Part shown: positions 24,805 to 38,217 of the stretch, piece by piece
Layout of the letters: every line of letters begins with the position of its first letter
Numbering within the stretch: position 1 is the stretch's first letter
Origin: Negaprion brevirostris
Taxonomy: Eukaryota
NCBI GenBank assembly: GCA_030324005.1
Contig: JARDVH010000163.1
Span: 47,622,954-47,686,953 of the forward strand
Direction of reading: 5' to 3'
DNA length: 64,000 nt
Made by a program: the position numbers and the translations under genes
The notes under the pieces: model-generated
What the model was told of the DNA's origin: nothing
Database searches by the model: none
Seen by the model: the letters and a program-made list of their open reading frames with translations, nothing else

Positions 24805-26770
24805 TAGAATCATAGATGTTTACAGCATTATGGAAACAGGCCCTTTGGCCCAACTTGGGCTCGTTGGGCCGAAGGGCCTGTTTCCCGTGCCAGGTTGTTC
24901 TTTGTTCTTTGTTCTTGCCCATGTTGCCTAGTTTTTACCATTAAGCTAGTTCCAATTGCCCAAGTTTGGCCCATATCCCTCTATACCTATCTTACCCATG
25001 TGACTGCTTAAAATACAAAATTGTACCCACCTCTACAACTACCTCTGGCGGCTCATTCCAGACACTGACCACCCTCTGTGTGGAAAAAATTGCCCCTCTG
25101 GACCCTTTTGTATCTCTCCCCTCTCATCTTAAACCTTTGTCCTCTACTTTTAAACTCCCCTACCTTTGGGAAAAGATGTTGACTATCTACCTTATTTATG
25201 CCCCTCCTTATTTTATAGACCTCTATAAAATCACTCTGAAACCTCCTATGCTCCAGGGAAAAAGTCCCACTCCCTCCAGCCTCTCCTTATAACTCAAATC
25301 ATCAAGTCCCGGTGCCATCCTAGTAAATTTTTTCTGTATNNNNNNNNNNGTATTCTTTCTAGTTTGATAATATCTCTTCTATAATAGGGTGACCAGAACT
25401 GTACACAATATTCCAAGTGTGACCTTACTAATGTCTTGTACAGCTTCAACAACGAGTCTTGAGAGGGATTATGGTTGGTGCAGATTCGATGGGCCAAATG
25501 GAGGGATTCAGTGATTAGGGATTCTATGATTCTATGAACTATTCACCTCTCATTGTCCAGATAGACCTCTAATTATTCAACTGTAACAGGAATATCACCC
25601 ATGAGCAGTGCCACACAATCACTTCCTCTTGAAGGAGAAGGTTGTATGTGATCTGTTTTGCACTCACTCCAGTTTAATAATATCTTTTCTATAATAGAAC
25701 TGTACACAGTATTCCAAGTGTGGTCTTACTAATGTCTTGTAGAACTTCAACAAGACATTCCAACTCCTGTATTCAATGTTCTAACCAATGAAACCAAACA
25801 TGCTGAATGCCTTCTTCACCACCCTATCATTCTGTGACTTCACCTTCAAGGAGCTATGAACCTGTACCCCAGATCTCTTTGTTCTATAACTCTCCCCAGT
25901 GTCCTGCCATTAACTGAGTAAGTCTTGACCCGATTCAGTCTACCAAAATGCATCACCTTGCATTTATCTAAATTAAACTTCATCTGCCCATTGGCTTAAT
26001 TGATCAAGATCCTGCTGCAATCTTCGATAACCTTCCCCTATGCCACTAATCTCGGTGTTACCTGCAAACTTACTAACCGTGCCTCCTAAATTCTCATCCA
26101 AATTATTAATATAAATGATAAGTAATAGTGAACCCAGCACTGATCCCTGAGGCACACCGCTGATCACAGGCTCCAGTTTGACAAATAGCCTTCTGCAACC
26201 ACCCTCTGTCTTCTGTTGGTAAGTCAATTTTGTATCCATTTGGCTACCTCACCCGGATCCTATGAGTTCCAACCTTATGCAACAACCTACCAAGCAGTAC
26301 CTTGCCAAAAGCCTTACAGGATACTGCGAGGCCTGGATAGAGAGGGTGGCAAATGTTGTGCTTTTGATTAAGAAGGGCTGCAGAGAAAAGTCTGGGAACT
26401 TCAGGACGGTGAGACTAACATCTGTAGTGTGGCTGTCGATGATTCAAATATCTCTGCTAGGGGATCCGCAATTTCCTCCGTAACCTCCCACAATGTCCTG
26501 GTATACACTTCATCGGTCCCAGGAATTTATCTAACTTGGTGCACTTTTGAGATTTCCAGCACCGCCACCTTTTTAATATGTACACTCCTCAAGATATCAC
26601 TATTTATTTCCCCAAGTTCCCAAACATCCATGCCTTTCTCAACAGTAAATACTGATGAGAAATATGAATTTAGGATCTCACTCTTGTGGATCCACACATA
26701 GATGACCTTTTGATCCTTAAAAGGCCCTATTCTCCCTAGTTACTCTTTTGTTCTTTATGTATTTGTAGGC
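24805..26770 (-). mobile_element. CR1 LINE ORF2 3' part with internal duplication and inversion
   Basis: LKLYKTLVRSHLEYCVQFWSPYY and SGVPQGSVLGSLLLIIYINNLD..SKFAGNT; plus-strand inverted piece RVANVVLLIKKG at about 26330-26430. Confidence 0.88.
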
Positions 26771-26943
26771 CCAGTCAACATTGGGCCTCAGTTTCAACTG
26801 ATTAGGGACAGGCAGGTTCTGAAGTTGACCTCTGCTCCAGTAACACCTTGGAATGCGAATAATCTCATCTCAGCTTGCACATGTATGCAATCGCAACCAA
26901 CTAGTTGTTCACTATTTCTCCATCTGTGTTGTCAAACTGCTTA

Positions 26944-27205
26944 GGGAGGTACGGTGGCACTGCTACCTCACAGTGCTAAGGTCTTCGGTTCAATTCCCAG
27001 TTTAAGTCGCTGTCTGTGCAGGATCTACACGTTCTCCCCACGTCTGCGTGGATTTCCTCCAGGTACTGTCTCATAGTCTGAAAGGCATGCTGGTTGGCTG
27101 CATTGGCCATATTAAATTCTTCCTCAGTGTACCTGAACAGATGCCAGAGTGTGGGGATTTTCTCAGCAACTTCATTGCAGTAAGCCTACTTGTGACATTA
27201 ATAAC
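26944..27205 (+). mobile_element. V-SINE variant with tail AACTTCATTGCAG..AAGCCTACTTGTGACA
   Basis: HE1-like head and core; same tail as 47000-47142. Confidence 0.7.
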
Positions 27206-27329
27206 TTACCTTAAAACACCTAGTCTTGGATGAGTCAGTTTCCTGCAGATAGGCTTTGGGAAGACAAAAAAAACGTTGTTTTTATTCCCACCACAAACTC
27301 TATCCTTGCCAGTAATTTAAATTCACCTG

Positions 27330-27900
27330 CCTGACTTATTTCACGTTGAACCATGCCGATTTCTTATTGATGTCTTATTGAATCCTGAGTTGATCTTCCA
27401 ACTTCATGCTGCTTTCACCTCTAAAATCGCCAACTCTAACACAGCCACGTCTAACTGTTCACCTATGCCTTTGACGTTTTTAGACCCAGTGCTATGTAGG
27501 GATCTACATAGGAATCTCCAATCTCCCAACTTTCAGCCCTCTAAACCATCTAATTCAAAATTTTGCTGCCTATACCCTACTCTGTACTAAATCCAATTCA
27601 ATACTCACCCTATCTTCACTGAGCCACATTGGCTTCTAGTCTGCCAATACCTCATTTCCATTCTCCAGTTTGAGCTCCTTTACAACCTTGCTCCTCCCTG
27701 TCTCTGTAACCTCCTACAATTACCAAGACTGTGGCAACTGTAATTTACTTTGGCTACGCTTCAGTTATAGAACCCCCTTTATAAATTTCTTGTCATGCTC
27801 CCTCTCACCTTTCATTTAGGACCCTTCTTAAAACTCATCTCTGATCTTGGTTTTGGTCATCCTTCCTAACTTCTTTTCTTGGATGTGGGCAAAACACTTC
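27330..27900 (+). mobile_element. Old L2-like LINE 3' fragment
   Basis: CCTTCTTAAAACTCATCTCTGATCTTGGTTTTGGTCA resembles 38055-38092. Confidence 0.55.
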
Positions 27901-27904
27901 GTGC

Positions 27905-28265
27905 GGCAGTGTGTTGAATGATGACATAGAATAGGAGACTGAGGCAACGTGCAGAATTTAGACATGTGCAGGTGGCTATGTAAGGTACGATAACAGAGCA
28001 GGTGAGGGTCATTGTTAACTTCTGATATGGAGAAGCACCATGGTACAGCAATTGAGAATGATAATGTGAAGGAAAGAATGTACCATGCTGAATGGGGTGG
28101 AGGAATGTGCTGAGTGATATATGGACCAGAGGTGCAGCAGTTTATTCAGTGATATGGAGAATGGATTGGGCAATGTGCTGAATGATATGAAGCATAGGGT
28201 GGGGTAGTGTGCTGAATAATGCCAAAGAGCAGAGATGGTAAAATATGCTGAATTTAAGTGTGCAG
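27905..28265 (+). repeat. Degenerate tandem repeat, ~35-bp period (core TGTGCTGAATGATATGGAG)
   Basis: Core recurs near 27910, 27949, 28086, 28106, 28173, 28207 and 28243. Confidence 0.5.
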
Positions 28266-28469
28266 CTGCGCATGCACAATTCTTCACACTGAGCCCTTCA
28301 GTTCAGCTACACCGTAATGTACAATAGTTGGGTACTTCCTTGTAGGAGTAGAGAGCATTGCTTTGAGCTGTTCTTTGATATAGAACTGGATTTGAAGAGA
28401 CAAAAGAAAGTATTAAAATGGCGAATGGGCTTTTTCATTCTTTTGCTGGATGACTCATACCCCATACAC

Positions 28470-28855
28470 CACCTTCAACTTTTTACTCACTACGCCACCT
28501 TCAACTTACACTCACTGCACCACCCACACTCAGTGGCAGTAGACTGTAGCATCCACAAGATATTTTGAAGTAACTTACCAGACCTTTTCGACACCACCTT
28601 CCAAACCTGCAACTTCTATTACCTGGAAGGACGAGGGCAGCAGATGCATGGGAACATTACCACTTACAAGTTCCCCTCCAACTCATATACCATTGTTTCT
28701 TTGAACTATATTGCCGTTCTTTCACTGCTGGGTCAAAATCTGGAACTTCCTTCCTGTCAGTACTGTGGATATTTCTACACCACATGGATTTCAGGAGTTC
28801 AAGAAGGCAGCTCATCACCATGTTCTTGAATGCAATTAGGGATCGGCAATAAAAA
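28470..28855 (+). mobile_element. LINE 3' end (same family as 42050-43445)
   Basis: GGGCAGCAGATGCATGGGAACA..CAAGTTCCCCTCCAA and tail GCAATTAGGGATCGGCAATAAA. Confidence 0.7.
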
Positions 28856-28879
28856 AATCTCCCGGAAAGGGACACGTTC

Positions 28880-29427
28880 TTTCCGTATCCATCCTGTCAG
28901 TCCCCTCAGGATCTTCCATAATGCATGTCATGGCTTAATCATCTAAACTCGATTTGATTCAGACCCAGTCTGTCTAACTTTTCACAATCGCAGACATCAG
29001 TTGAGTGAATCTTCTCTGAACTGCTAATGCATTTATGTCCTTTCTTCAATAAGACCAAAACTGTACACGGTACTCTGGAATTGGTCTCACCCTGTCCAAC
29101 TGTGGCAAAACATCCCAACTTTTTTATTCCATTCCTGTTGCAATAAAGAACAACATTCCATTTGCCTTTCTGGCAAAAAGTTAGGGTACTAACTTTTTAT
29201 GGTTTGTGTACATGCTAATCCCACTGTATCGCAAGAGTCCCGCAATGTTTCTCTATTTAAGTAATAGGCTGCTTTTCTATTCTTCCTGCCAAAGGTGGAC
29301 AAGTTGAAATTTTCCCATATTATACTCCATCTGCCAGATTTTTGTTCACTCATAAGAAATAGGAGCAGGAGTAGGCCATCTAGCCCTTCGAGCCTGCCCC
29401 GCCATTCAGTAAGATCATGGCTGATCT
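28880..29427 (-). mobile_element. CR1 LINE fragments
   Basis: Decayed YCVQFW region and tail CATAAGAAATAGGAGCAGGAGTAGGCC. Confidence 0.7.
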
Positions 29428-29527
29428 NNNNNNNNNNNNNNNNNNNNNNNNNNNNNNNNNNNNNNNNNNNNNNNNNNNNNNNNNNNNNNNNNNNNNNNNN
29501 NNNNNNNNNNNNNNNNNNNNNNNNNNN

Positions 29528-29665
29528 GTGTTTGTGTCTTTATGTGTCCTGTTTGTGAAAAGATCTCCCACTCACCTGATGAAGGAGCAGCGCTCAAAGC
29601 TAATAGCATTTGCTACCAAATAAACCTGTTGAACTTTAACCTGGTGTTATGAGACTTCCTACTTA
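29528..29665 (+). mobile_element. Penelope-derived terminal repeat with hammerhead-like core
   Basis: CACCTGATGAAGGAGCAGCGCTCAAAGCTA..CTACCAAATAAACCTGTTG; same family as 15576-15754. Confidence 0.65.
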
Positions 29666-29667
29666 TG

Positions 29668-29882
29668 GTCTAAACCATTGTCGATTGTTGGAAAAACCTG
29701 TCTGGTTCACTGATGCCCTTTAGGGAAGGAAACCTGCCATCCTCACCTGATCTGGCCTACATGTGACTCTAGAGCCACAGCAATGTGGTTGACTCTCAAC
29801 TATTCTCCAAGGGTAACTTGGGATTGGCAATAAATGCTGGCCAGCCAGCGATGCCCATGTCCCATAAATGAATTTAAAAAAT
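29668..29882 (+). mobile_element. SINE fragment (family of 4737-5068)
   Basis: TTTAGGGAAGGAAACCTGCCATCCT..CCACAGCAATGTGGTTGACTCTCAAC. Confidence 0.75.
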
Positions 29883-32800
29883 TACAAAATGTGCACGTCT
29901 GCTTGATTATAATATCCAATCAATGTAAGGACTCGTACATCTTATCTACCTTATTTACTACTGGCTGCAGTTGGATTTTAACATAACTTGTGTCTGGCTT
30001 GTGGATGTCAATTACACTCCATTGTTCAGTTTTCCCAGTGCTAATTAATTCTGTAGTGTTATCTCACTAAGCTATCTCTAGACGATATGGCAGTTAGGAT
30101 AGACGGTCAAACAACCCCACGTTATATTTAAAGACCTCAAGATCTAATACTTGTGAAGTCCTGCCTGTGAACGAGCCCCTGGCTGATCCTCCCCTTGTCT
30201 CCGTGCAGCTAATAGATTGCCTCTCACAGATGGAACTGAAGATTTTCAAATCCTTTTCGTAAATAACAGAGATAATAAACATACACTAGAGTTTTAAACT
30301 AATTGTTTTGCTATAATGTCCAATACCTACTTCACCCCCAGTCCTCCCACCTTTCACCCTAGTATTGGGGGATTAAAGGGTAATACGTAGGGTTGAGGGA
30401 ATAGGGCCTGGATGGAGATTGTGGTTGGTACAGGCTTGATGGGCTGAATGGCCTCCTTCTATACTGTAAGGATTCTATGATTCTACACCAGATCTAATCC
30501 CATCAGGATCTTTCAATGAGATCACATTCCTTTAATCTCCAAGGGGTAACAGCCCAGCCTATTCACTCTTTCTTCATAACATAAGCCCTTTAGCGCCCAA
30601 AATAATGCATGTGTTAGGGAATTAATGAGTGTAGAGGACTGGTGACGCTTTGGAATTGCTCTGTATAATCTCCAAGGTTGAAAACTTATGATTCAAATGC
30701 CTCAAAATCCAATATAGCTGAAAATCACTGCTTATGTTTTTTAATGAACGTAAGCAGTGGTTTTCAGTTGTATTGGAAAGCAGGCAGGTGTCCATCATGC
30801 CCACCTTAAGGCAGCATAAGAGAATAACTGTTTTCATGGTTGGATCTTATCTGCAGAATATTGAGAGTGACCGATATTCAACAAACCAGCCTGAGGCTGC
30901 AATTTAAGTATTTTAATAAGACCCTCATCTTTTTTGGATGGAGCTCTAGTTACTCATTTTGAAGACCGCCCAAACATTGAATCAAGGAATCATGAATGAT
31001 ACAGCACAGAAGAGGTTGTTCTTGTGTCTGTGCCACCTCAGTCGAATTCCCTTGCCATTTCTCTATAGCCCAGCAATTTTTGCCAACACCTTTTTGCAAG
31101 ATAGTTTGAATTTACTTCCACCGCCCTTGCAGGCAATGCATTTGATATCACAAGGACAAGCAGGCAATGGGTGCTTTGACATTTTGTCTGCTCAAGACCC
31201 ATTTGTGAATGTAATTGTGAGGAGATGGGGATTAGGCAAGTGGTCGCCACTCCCCCATAATTTTAAAATAGAGCTTAGTTGGCCCATTATACTTTCCAAT
31301 TCATAATCAAATTGGATTGGAATAGATGAAATTTAGAACTGTAGATTTACAGTTTTAGCTCTGAATTCTCTCTTCTGTTGGTGATTTACTGAACAGTATA
31401 AATCCTTCACACTGAAACACAGGTAGAAGTGCCAAACTGGACTTAGACTTGGTGCTTTTTCTAAGGTGTAACAAATTCCTGGGCCAAAGCCCTTGTGTTA
31501 ATCTATACATTCTGGAGGATCCAGTAAGCCAATTTGATTTGAATTTTTTTTGTGAATCAAGCCAAAACCAAATTTTGATTAATTCAAGCTCTGATAAATT
31601 TGGATTTTTCTTACTACTATTGCAGAATATTCCATTANNNNNNNNNNNNNNNNNNNNNNNNNNNNNNNCTAATCTCCCTCCTGATCTCAGTAGCATTGAC
31701 AAAGGGATTTCTGTGTAATTTTCAGAATTGTGCGCAAATGCCCTGGTATTTAAATTAACTCCAGAGTATTTGGGTCTTTTACTGATCGTTGTGAAAATCT
31801 TGTTGCTGCATTTAATCAGCTACAGTGAGAATTACCTGCCCCAAATGGTGAAGGTGTCCGTCCGGAATTGGCTGTGACAATGTGGCTGGGCGTAAGTTAA
31901 ACCCCTGTTGATCTTGATCTTCAGTGACAAGTTCATATCAAAGTTTGTTGGGAAATTGATTTGAAGGTGGCGCAATGCATGTAATGGAGAATCATGAAGA
32001 ACAGAGTAAAAGCCCGTAGTGATGTGGCCCTCCTCAAACCTGGAAATGTTGATGATTGATGTTTGACAATTCAACGACTGAACAGAAACAGTCACAGAAT
32101 TAAATGTAACGTACTGAGTTGCCTTTTCTATCTGTCCAGTTAGTTTGAAGAGCAGTGACCTTCCCCACGCCTAGATCCCACCTCATTTCTGCTAAGGTTG
32201 TCCAATCTATGTGGAAACCAGAGGCTTTTAGCCCTCTGTTGCTCGAGCAGTTTGGACTATTTCTAATTTGTTACTAGGGTTGTAATAAGGTGTAACCGAT
32301 GACATTGTGATTGTAAGTGACCATGTTTACAATGCATTACAATTAACATTCCTAGCTGCATATTGAAAAAAAGTGAATTTGGATGATGTTTAAAGGCAAA
32401 CCTCGCCCTCAGTATGTACTATTCCGTTGTTTTGCACTGTGTACCAGCACCATGAGGCATTGTCATAACTGTACCACTGAGTAATAACAAAAAGCAGTCA
32501 ATGAACTTGACGTATTTGCTTCATTTAAACAGGAAACTGTGATCCCTCACATTAAGCCGAACAGTGCCGTTCAGTGAAGGTTAAAGTAGTAACGGCACTC
32601 ACAGTGGTATTAATTCAGCAAACTTGAATTTGACATTTTAATGGGAGGGAGAAGCCATGATTGTTATCTGGGTGGCTGTTACCATGAGGGAACTGTTTAC
32701 AGACACTTAGGGCAAGTGGGGAGATGCTGGTGAGCTGTGCCTGTCGTCTTCCCACCTGTACTGGTATTTCACTGGTGGTGGGGGAAGGTGGTAGACAGCC

Positions 32801-34305
32801 TTCTCGTGCTTAGGCCAGTTGAGGTGGCCAATCAAGAGCCACATGAAGGCCCCTTCCTGTCACTGCTGGAAGAATATCAGTGGCAAGTCGACACTCGCCA
32901 TATGGGGAGACTACTAGATATATTCTATAGGTGATTTACTCCCTACCGACTCAGGAGGGGGCAGTCCTTCTGATCAGGCCACATAGTAGCAAAGTGCTGA
33001 CGATCCTCCAGTTTGTCAGCAGCTCTTGTGGGTGAGATCTCATCCACATCAGAAGATTGGAAGCCCAGAACACAGGAAGTTAACAGGTTGATGAACCTGA
33101 AAATGTCTGGCTGAAGTGGAGTCCCTGCACCACCACCACTGCCCCCGCCACGCCCCCTCCATCCGACTTTCCAGCTGGTAGACATCCCATAAAATCAGGG
33201 CTAAAAGTGACAGTGAATTGTGGAGTTGCTAATGTTATTTATGCATGGTTTTCTGTGACTTTTGTATTATCCATAATTCATTTTGATTATGGATACATTA
33301 TTAAAAAGGTTCATAACTCCAAACAGGTGAAAATAATGGTAACCACTGGACCAATTCATTTAAAACAGAATTGGTGGTTCACTGTTACGAAAATAACACA
33401 ACTGTGTTCTGTTAATTTACATATTGACGTAGATTGCAATCTGAAATCAGAAGGAGTCATTGTTTATGTGGAACATATTAATCGACCTATTAAGGTTAAT
33501 GGGAGTTTGATTTTATTTCACAATATTTGTATTTTGGCTAACTCTCTGTGTAAGATATCATCTTGATGTTTTTAAAGTAGCTGGATTCTTTTCTATAAAT
33601 GTGGAATTAGAATTATGTTTCATAAAGTGGTTGTGTATAATTGCTGCAATTAAAGTTTGCTGATGCACTTTACGATGTTTGTACAGCCCTGTCGCTGTGT
33701 TCTGCCCTAGGGGTAGATTTGATCTCAGATTGCACATATGAGATTCTTGAGCTATTTACTTGGGGAGCGTAGCTTTGGTAGTTTTATCATTACTTGTCTC
33801 TCCGTTTTTATCTTCAGTTCACCTTTTCATAGGTGGTCTGCGACTAACTGTGAAGAGCTCCACTTACACAGTGCATCAGATGCTAATCCATTCACTGAAC
33901 ACCAACCTCATATTTGGGGCTAATGCTTTGATATCTGCTCATTGGATTCTCTGGAATGGGGCCCATACATATCCCTTCAAATTGACCACCACTGATCACT
34001 CCAGCCATGTGTGCCTCACTGTATCTTAATCTGGCATTTGGATACTGCATTGTATGCACCTCTTCCTGGAACTCAAAAGACTTTACCTTTCGCTTCAGGA
34101 GGTTTAAATATTCTATGGACAGTAACAGAGAAATAAATAAGATATTCATATTCAATGTTCTGTCTAATCTGTACAGGAATCCTGAAGTTACCACATAAGC
34201 TGAGCACAAGTTTTACTGTGTGCGTTTAGCTGTGTAAAAGATTCAACATACGTCACTGAAAAGGCAGTATTCACAAAGGAAAATTAGAGTGTGTCGCTCA
34301 CAGAG

Positions 34306-34660
34306 CCATAGAATCTCTATAGTACAGAAGGAGACCATTTGGCCCATCGCTTCGGCATCGACTCTCCGAAAAAGCACCCCACCTAGGCCCTCCACTCTAC
34401 CCTATCCCCATAATCCCATGCATTTACCATGGCTAATCCACCTAAACTGCACATTGCTGGACACTAAGGGACAATTTAGCATGGCCAATCTATCTAACCA
34501 GCACATCTTTGTGTCTGTGGGAGAAAACTGAACTCAGATGAAACCCATGTAGACATAGGGAAAACTTGCAAACACCACACAGTCACCTGGACCCAAGGCT
34601 AGAATCGAACCAGGGTCCCAGGCACTTTGAGGCAACAGTGTTGACCACTGTGCCACCCTT
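34306..34660 (-). mobile_element. HE1-type V-SINE
   Basis: Tail through to head (ACCACTGTGCCACC). Confidence 0.8.
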
Positions 34661-35702
34661 CAATATTGTACTTTGTGATAATGAACCATTCTATTTTTAA
34701 ATTTATAAAATCCAGATTATTGCACCTCTAGTGAATGCACATGCAACTCTTTTGTTCAAGAGGGAGGGGGACAAAGCATGAAACTACAGGACAGTTAGCT
34801 TAATATCTGTTACAAAGAAAGCGTTAGAAGCTACTGTTAAAGAAGTTATAGTAGGGCACTTAGAAAAATTCATGCTAATCAGGCTAATCATTGCATTTTT
34901 AGCTGTGATGAATCATCTGTCCAGTCTTTGGGATCGCCATTCAAAGACAATTTTATATGCATTCTCTGGTTCCAGTTGTCATGGGGCTGAAATATATTTT
35001 CATATGTGGAGAATGGGAGTGGAGTGGAGGGGTATGGGGGAAGGGGAGAAGAGGGGTGAAGAGAACACAAGAAACTGACCAGGAATTGGAGGTCACTGGG
35101 AGAATGGAGACTGCCCCAGGACAAGCCAGAAATGTACCATCTCAAAAATAGATTGGCGTGGGTCATTAGCAATTTGTTCAGCAACACAGACTATGTACTG
35201 CAGTCAGAAATTTCGTTTGGAGCTTGGCAGCCCTGGAAGCAATATGGCATTATGACATGAGTAAGGTGACAGCGTGAACTTTGTATCTAATAGCTTAGGG
35301 ATTTTTGTACAATTAAGAAATGATTATATGTAAAAATGTGTGTCTAAAATTCAGAGCCAATGACCGTAGCCCGAATAATTGCCACTCCAATTGGTCAGCT
35401 ATATCATTGTCGTTAAACTTTACCACTTTCGTCACTTTGTCTATTCCATTCATGCACCCCACTGTTAAGGTGCTTACAACAAGACCACTTCCTGAGGGTA
35501 TTTCTTCTGAACTCCCTGTTCTCTCCATCTTAATAATAGAACTTCAGTGCAAAGTGAATTCCATATTGCTGTAGCATTCAGAATGTTGATGCTCCAGTAT
35601 ATCATTAGATTTGAATTGTTGGGAAGTGGCATCAAACTTGTAACTGTTATGTCAGCCTTCCAAAAGCAGAACAATTTTCCATTGTTGAATGGGGGAGAGG
35701 AA

Positions 35703-36007
35703 TAGTCATAGATTCCCTACAGTGCAAAAGAAGGCCATTCAGCCCATCGAGTCAGCACTGACCACAATTCCACTCCACAACTCCGTGCATCCACCCTAGC
35801 TAATCCTCCTGGCACTAAGGGGCAATTTAGCACCTATTCGCCTAAATTGCAAATCTTTGGACTGTGGGAGGAAACCGGAGCACTTGGAGGAAACCCACGC
35901 AAACGCGGGCAGAATGTGCAAACTCCACGCAGACAGTGACCCAAGCCAGGAATTGAACCCAGATCCCTGGCACTGTGAAGCAGCAGTGCTAACCAGTGTG
36001 CCGCCCT
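35703..36007 (-). mobile_element. HE1-type V-SINE
   Basis: Well-preserved core and head. Confidence 0.88.
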
Positions 36008-37079
36008 TTGTAGACCATTTTACAATGCCCTGGTAATAATGAAAATTATTAAGATGTTTGATGCTCTTTCTCATCACACCATGCCAAACAAATGTTAGAA
36101 TATGGAAGACTTTGTAGAAACACGGAGCTAGACATTATTAACAAGATCTCCTGAGATGCAGGTCTTAACACACCAGTTCTGCTTAATCCGCAGTTAGCTG
36201 GCAGTCTGTTTTTTATAGTCTATTTTTTCAAAGTTTTAAAATACTGAGGGCAGCTGCTCCCCCATGAACCTTTTCAATCATTACAGGCACCAGCACCAAT
36301 AATGTTCGTAATTATAGTGCTTTTAACTTAATAAAATTTTCCACATGTTCGAGTAGAGTTGCTGCCAATCCTATTTTGTTTTGGACCATCTGGTATAGGA
36401 ATGCATTGTCTGACAATTAATATATGGTGACATTGTATAAATTGGTGCAATCAGTATATAAATGATCAGGAGAGCAGGGAGGGATCAGTTCCACTTTGAA
36501 GATCTTAATTAGATGGACCAACCCAAAGCACATTCAATGTTAACCTCATTCCTATAGATTCGGAGCTCATGGTTGCTAGGTTATACCTTTGAAAACAAAC
36601 TGATTGAAAGGGACTGCCTGCCAATTTATTCCATCATTTCCAGCTGATTGTTTCAAGTGGTTTTGGTTGTTTTCCTTCTCGGGTACTGAGGTCAGTTTTC
36701 TGCTGCCTGTCATTTTCTGCACTAGTTAGATTGCAAATGCAATTTTTTTTTCAAAAACCAACAGCACATCACCTCACTAGATTTTGAACAGGCCTCAATA
36801 TAGGCAGTCAACCCTGCACTCTGAAACACGTACGAGTCTAATGGAAATATTTACCTTTGGCAATATTTTGCAATTCTAGTCGTGAAATGAAGTGTTGATT
36901 GGCCAGATAATGCTAACTATATCAAATATTCTCCTTTAGGAGTTCTCCTGTCCTAACACTGAACTATATCTAGCTCTTGTTTCTCTCCTATATTCCCTCA
37001 TGCCTCATTTGAACTCATCATGTCCATGAGAATTACCTTCGGCTCCTTCGTCCCTATTCCCAATAAACTAATTTTTACA

Positions 37080-37570
37080 GATGCACCATAGAAACCATCC
37101 TCTCCGGATGTAACACAACTGCATCTCTGATCAAGGCTGCAAGAAACAACAAAGAGTTGGAAATGTAGCCCAGTCTTTCACACAAACCAGCCTCCATCCA
37201 TTGACTCCGTCTACACTTCCTGCTGCCTCAGGAAAGCAGCCAACATNNNNNNNNNNNNNNNNNNNNNNNNNNNNNNNNNNNNNNNNNNNNNNCCATTGGA
37301 AAAAAGGGACAAAAGTCTGAGATCATGCACCAAACGACTCAAGAACGTTTTCTTCCCTGCTGTCATCAGACTTTTGAATGGGGCTACCATATATTAAGTT
37401 GATCTTTCTCTATACCCTAGCAATGACTGTAACACTACATTCCACACCCTCTCCCTCCTTTCCTTCTCCCCTATATACTTTATGGATGGTGTATTTTGTC
37501 TATAAAGCACGCAAAAAATACTTTTCACTGTATCCCAATACATGTAACAATACTAAATCAAATCAATTTA
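37080..37570 (+). mobile_element. Rex1/Babar-like LINE 3' end
   Basis: CACCATAGAAACCATCCT, GACTCAAGAACGTTTTCTTCCCTGCTGTCATCAGAC and tail AATCAAATCAA. Confidence 0.6.
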
Positions 37571-37599
37571 AAAAAACTGTTGACCACCCAATTTCCGTT

Positions 37600-38208
37600 C
37601 TTGGCCCTGTAACTGCACCACCTGCCTATCTGCTGCTGACTGCCATATCCATGACTATTACAATGGACTCCTGGCCTACCTTCCACATTCTACTCTCTGT
37701 AAACTTGAGGTCAGTCAAAGCTCTGTGCACAAGTCCTTACTCGCACCAAGTCCTGTTCATTCACCACCTACATTGAGTACCTATATTGGTATCCTGGTTA
37801 AGCAACAACTCAAATGTAAAACTCTCGTCCTTGCTTTCAACTCACTTCATGGTCTAGTTCCTCCCTATTTCTGTCATCATCTTCAGCCTTACAACTTATG
37901 TTGAGATCTCTGCACTCCTTTAGTTCTGATCTTTTGAGCCTTCTTGCTTATAATTGTTCTACCATTTGTGGCTGTCCCTTCAGCTACCTAACCTTGGGAA
38001 CTCCCTCCCTAAACTTGTTGACCTCTCTAGCTCTCTTTCTTCCTTGTTAAGATGCTCCTTAAAACCTACTTCTTTGACCAAACTTTGGTCACTTACCCTA
38101 ATATCATCTTACGTCACTCGGTGTCAAATGAGGCTTTAGAGTGCTCTTGTGAAGCACCTTGAGACATTTTATTATGTTAAAAGTGCTATGTGAGTACAAG
38201 TTGGTGCT
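37600..38208 (+). mobile_element. L2-like LINE 3' end
   Basis: CTCCTTAAAACCTACTTCTTTGACCAA and GTGAAGCACCTTGAGAC..TTAAAAGTGCTATGT tail. Confidence 0.65.
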
Positions 38209-38217
38209 TTAATCTAA

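Noticed and set aside
27905-28265. Repeat-spacer appearance resembling a CRISPR array
   Set aside because: Repeats are highly degenerate and non-palindromic, the context is a vertebrate intron, and there are no cas genes.
31825-31892. Exon-like stretch ending ..VTMWLG|gtaagt, considered as SCHIP1 exon 1
   Set aside because: No in-frame ATG and a stop immediately upstream; 58135-58197 is a far better match.
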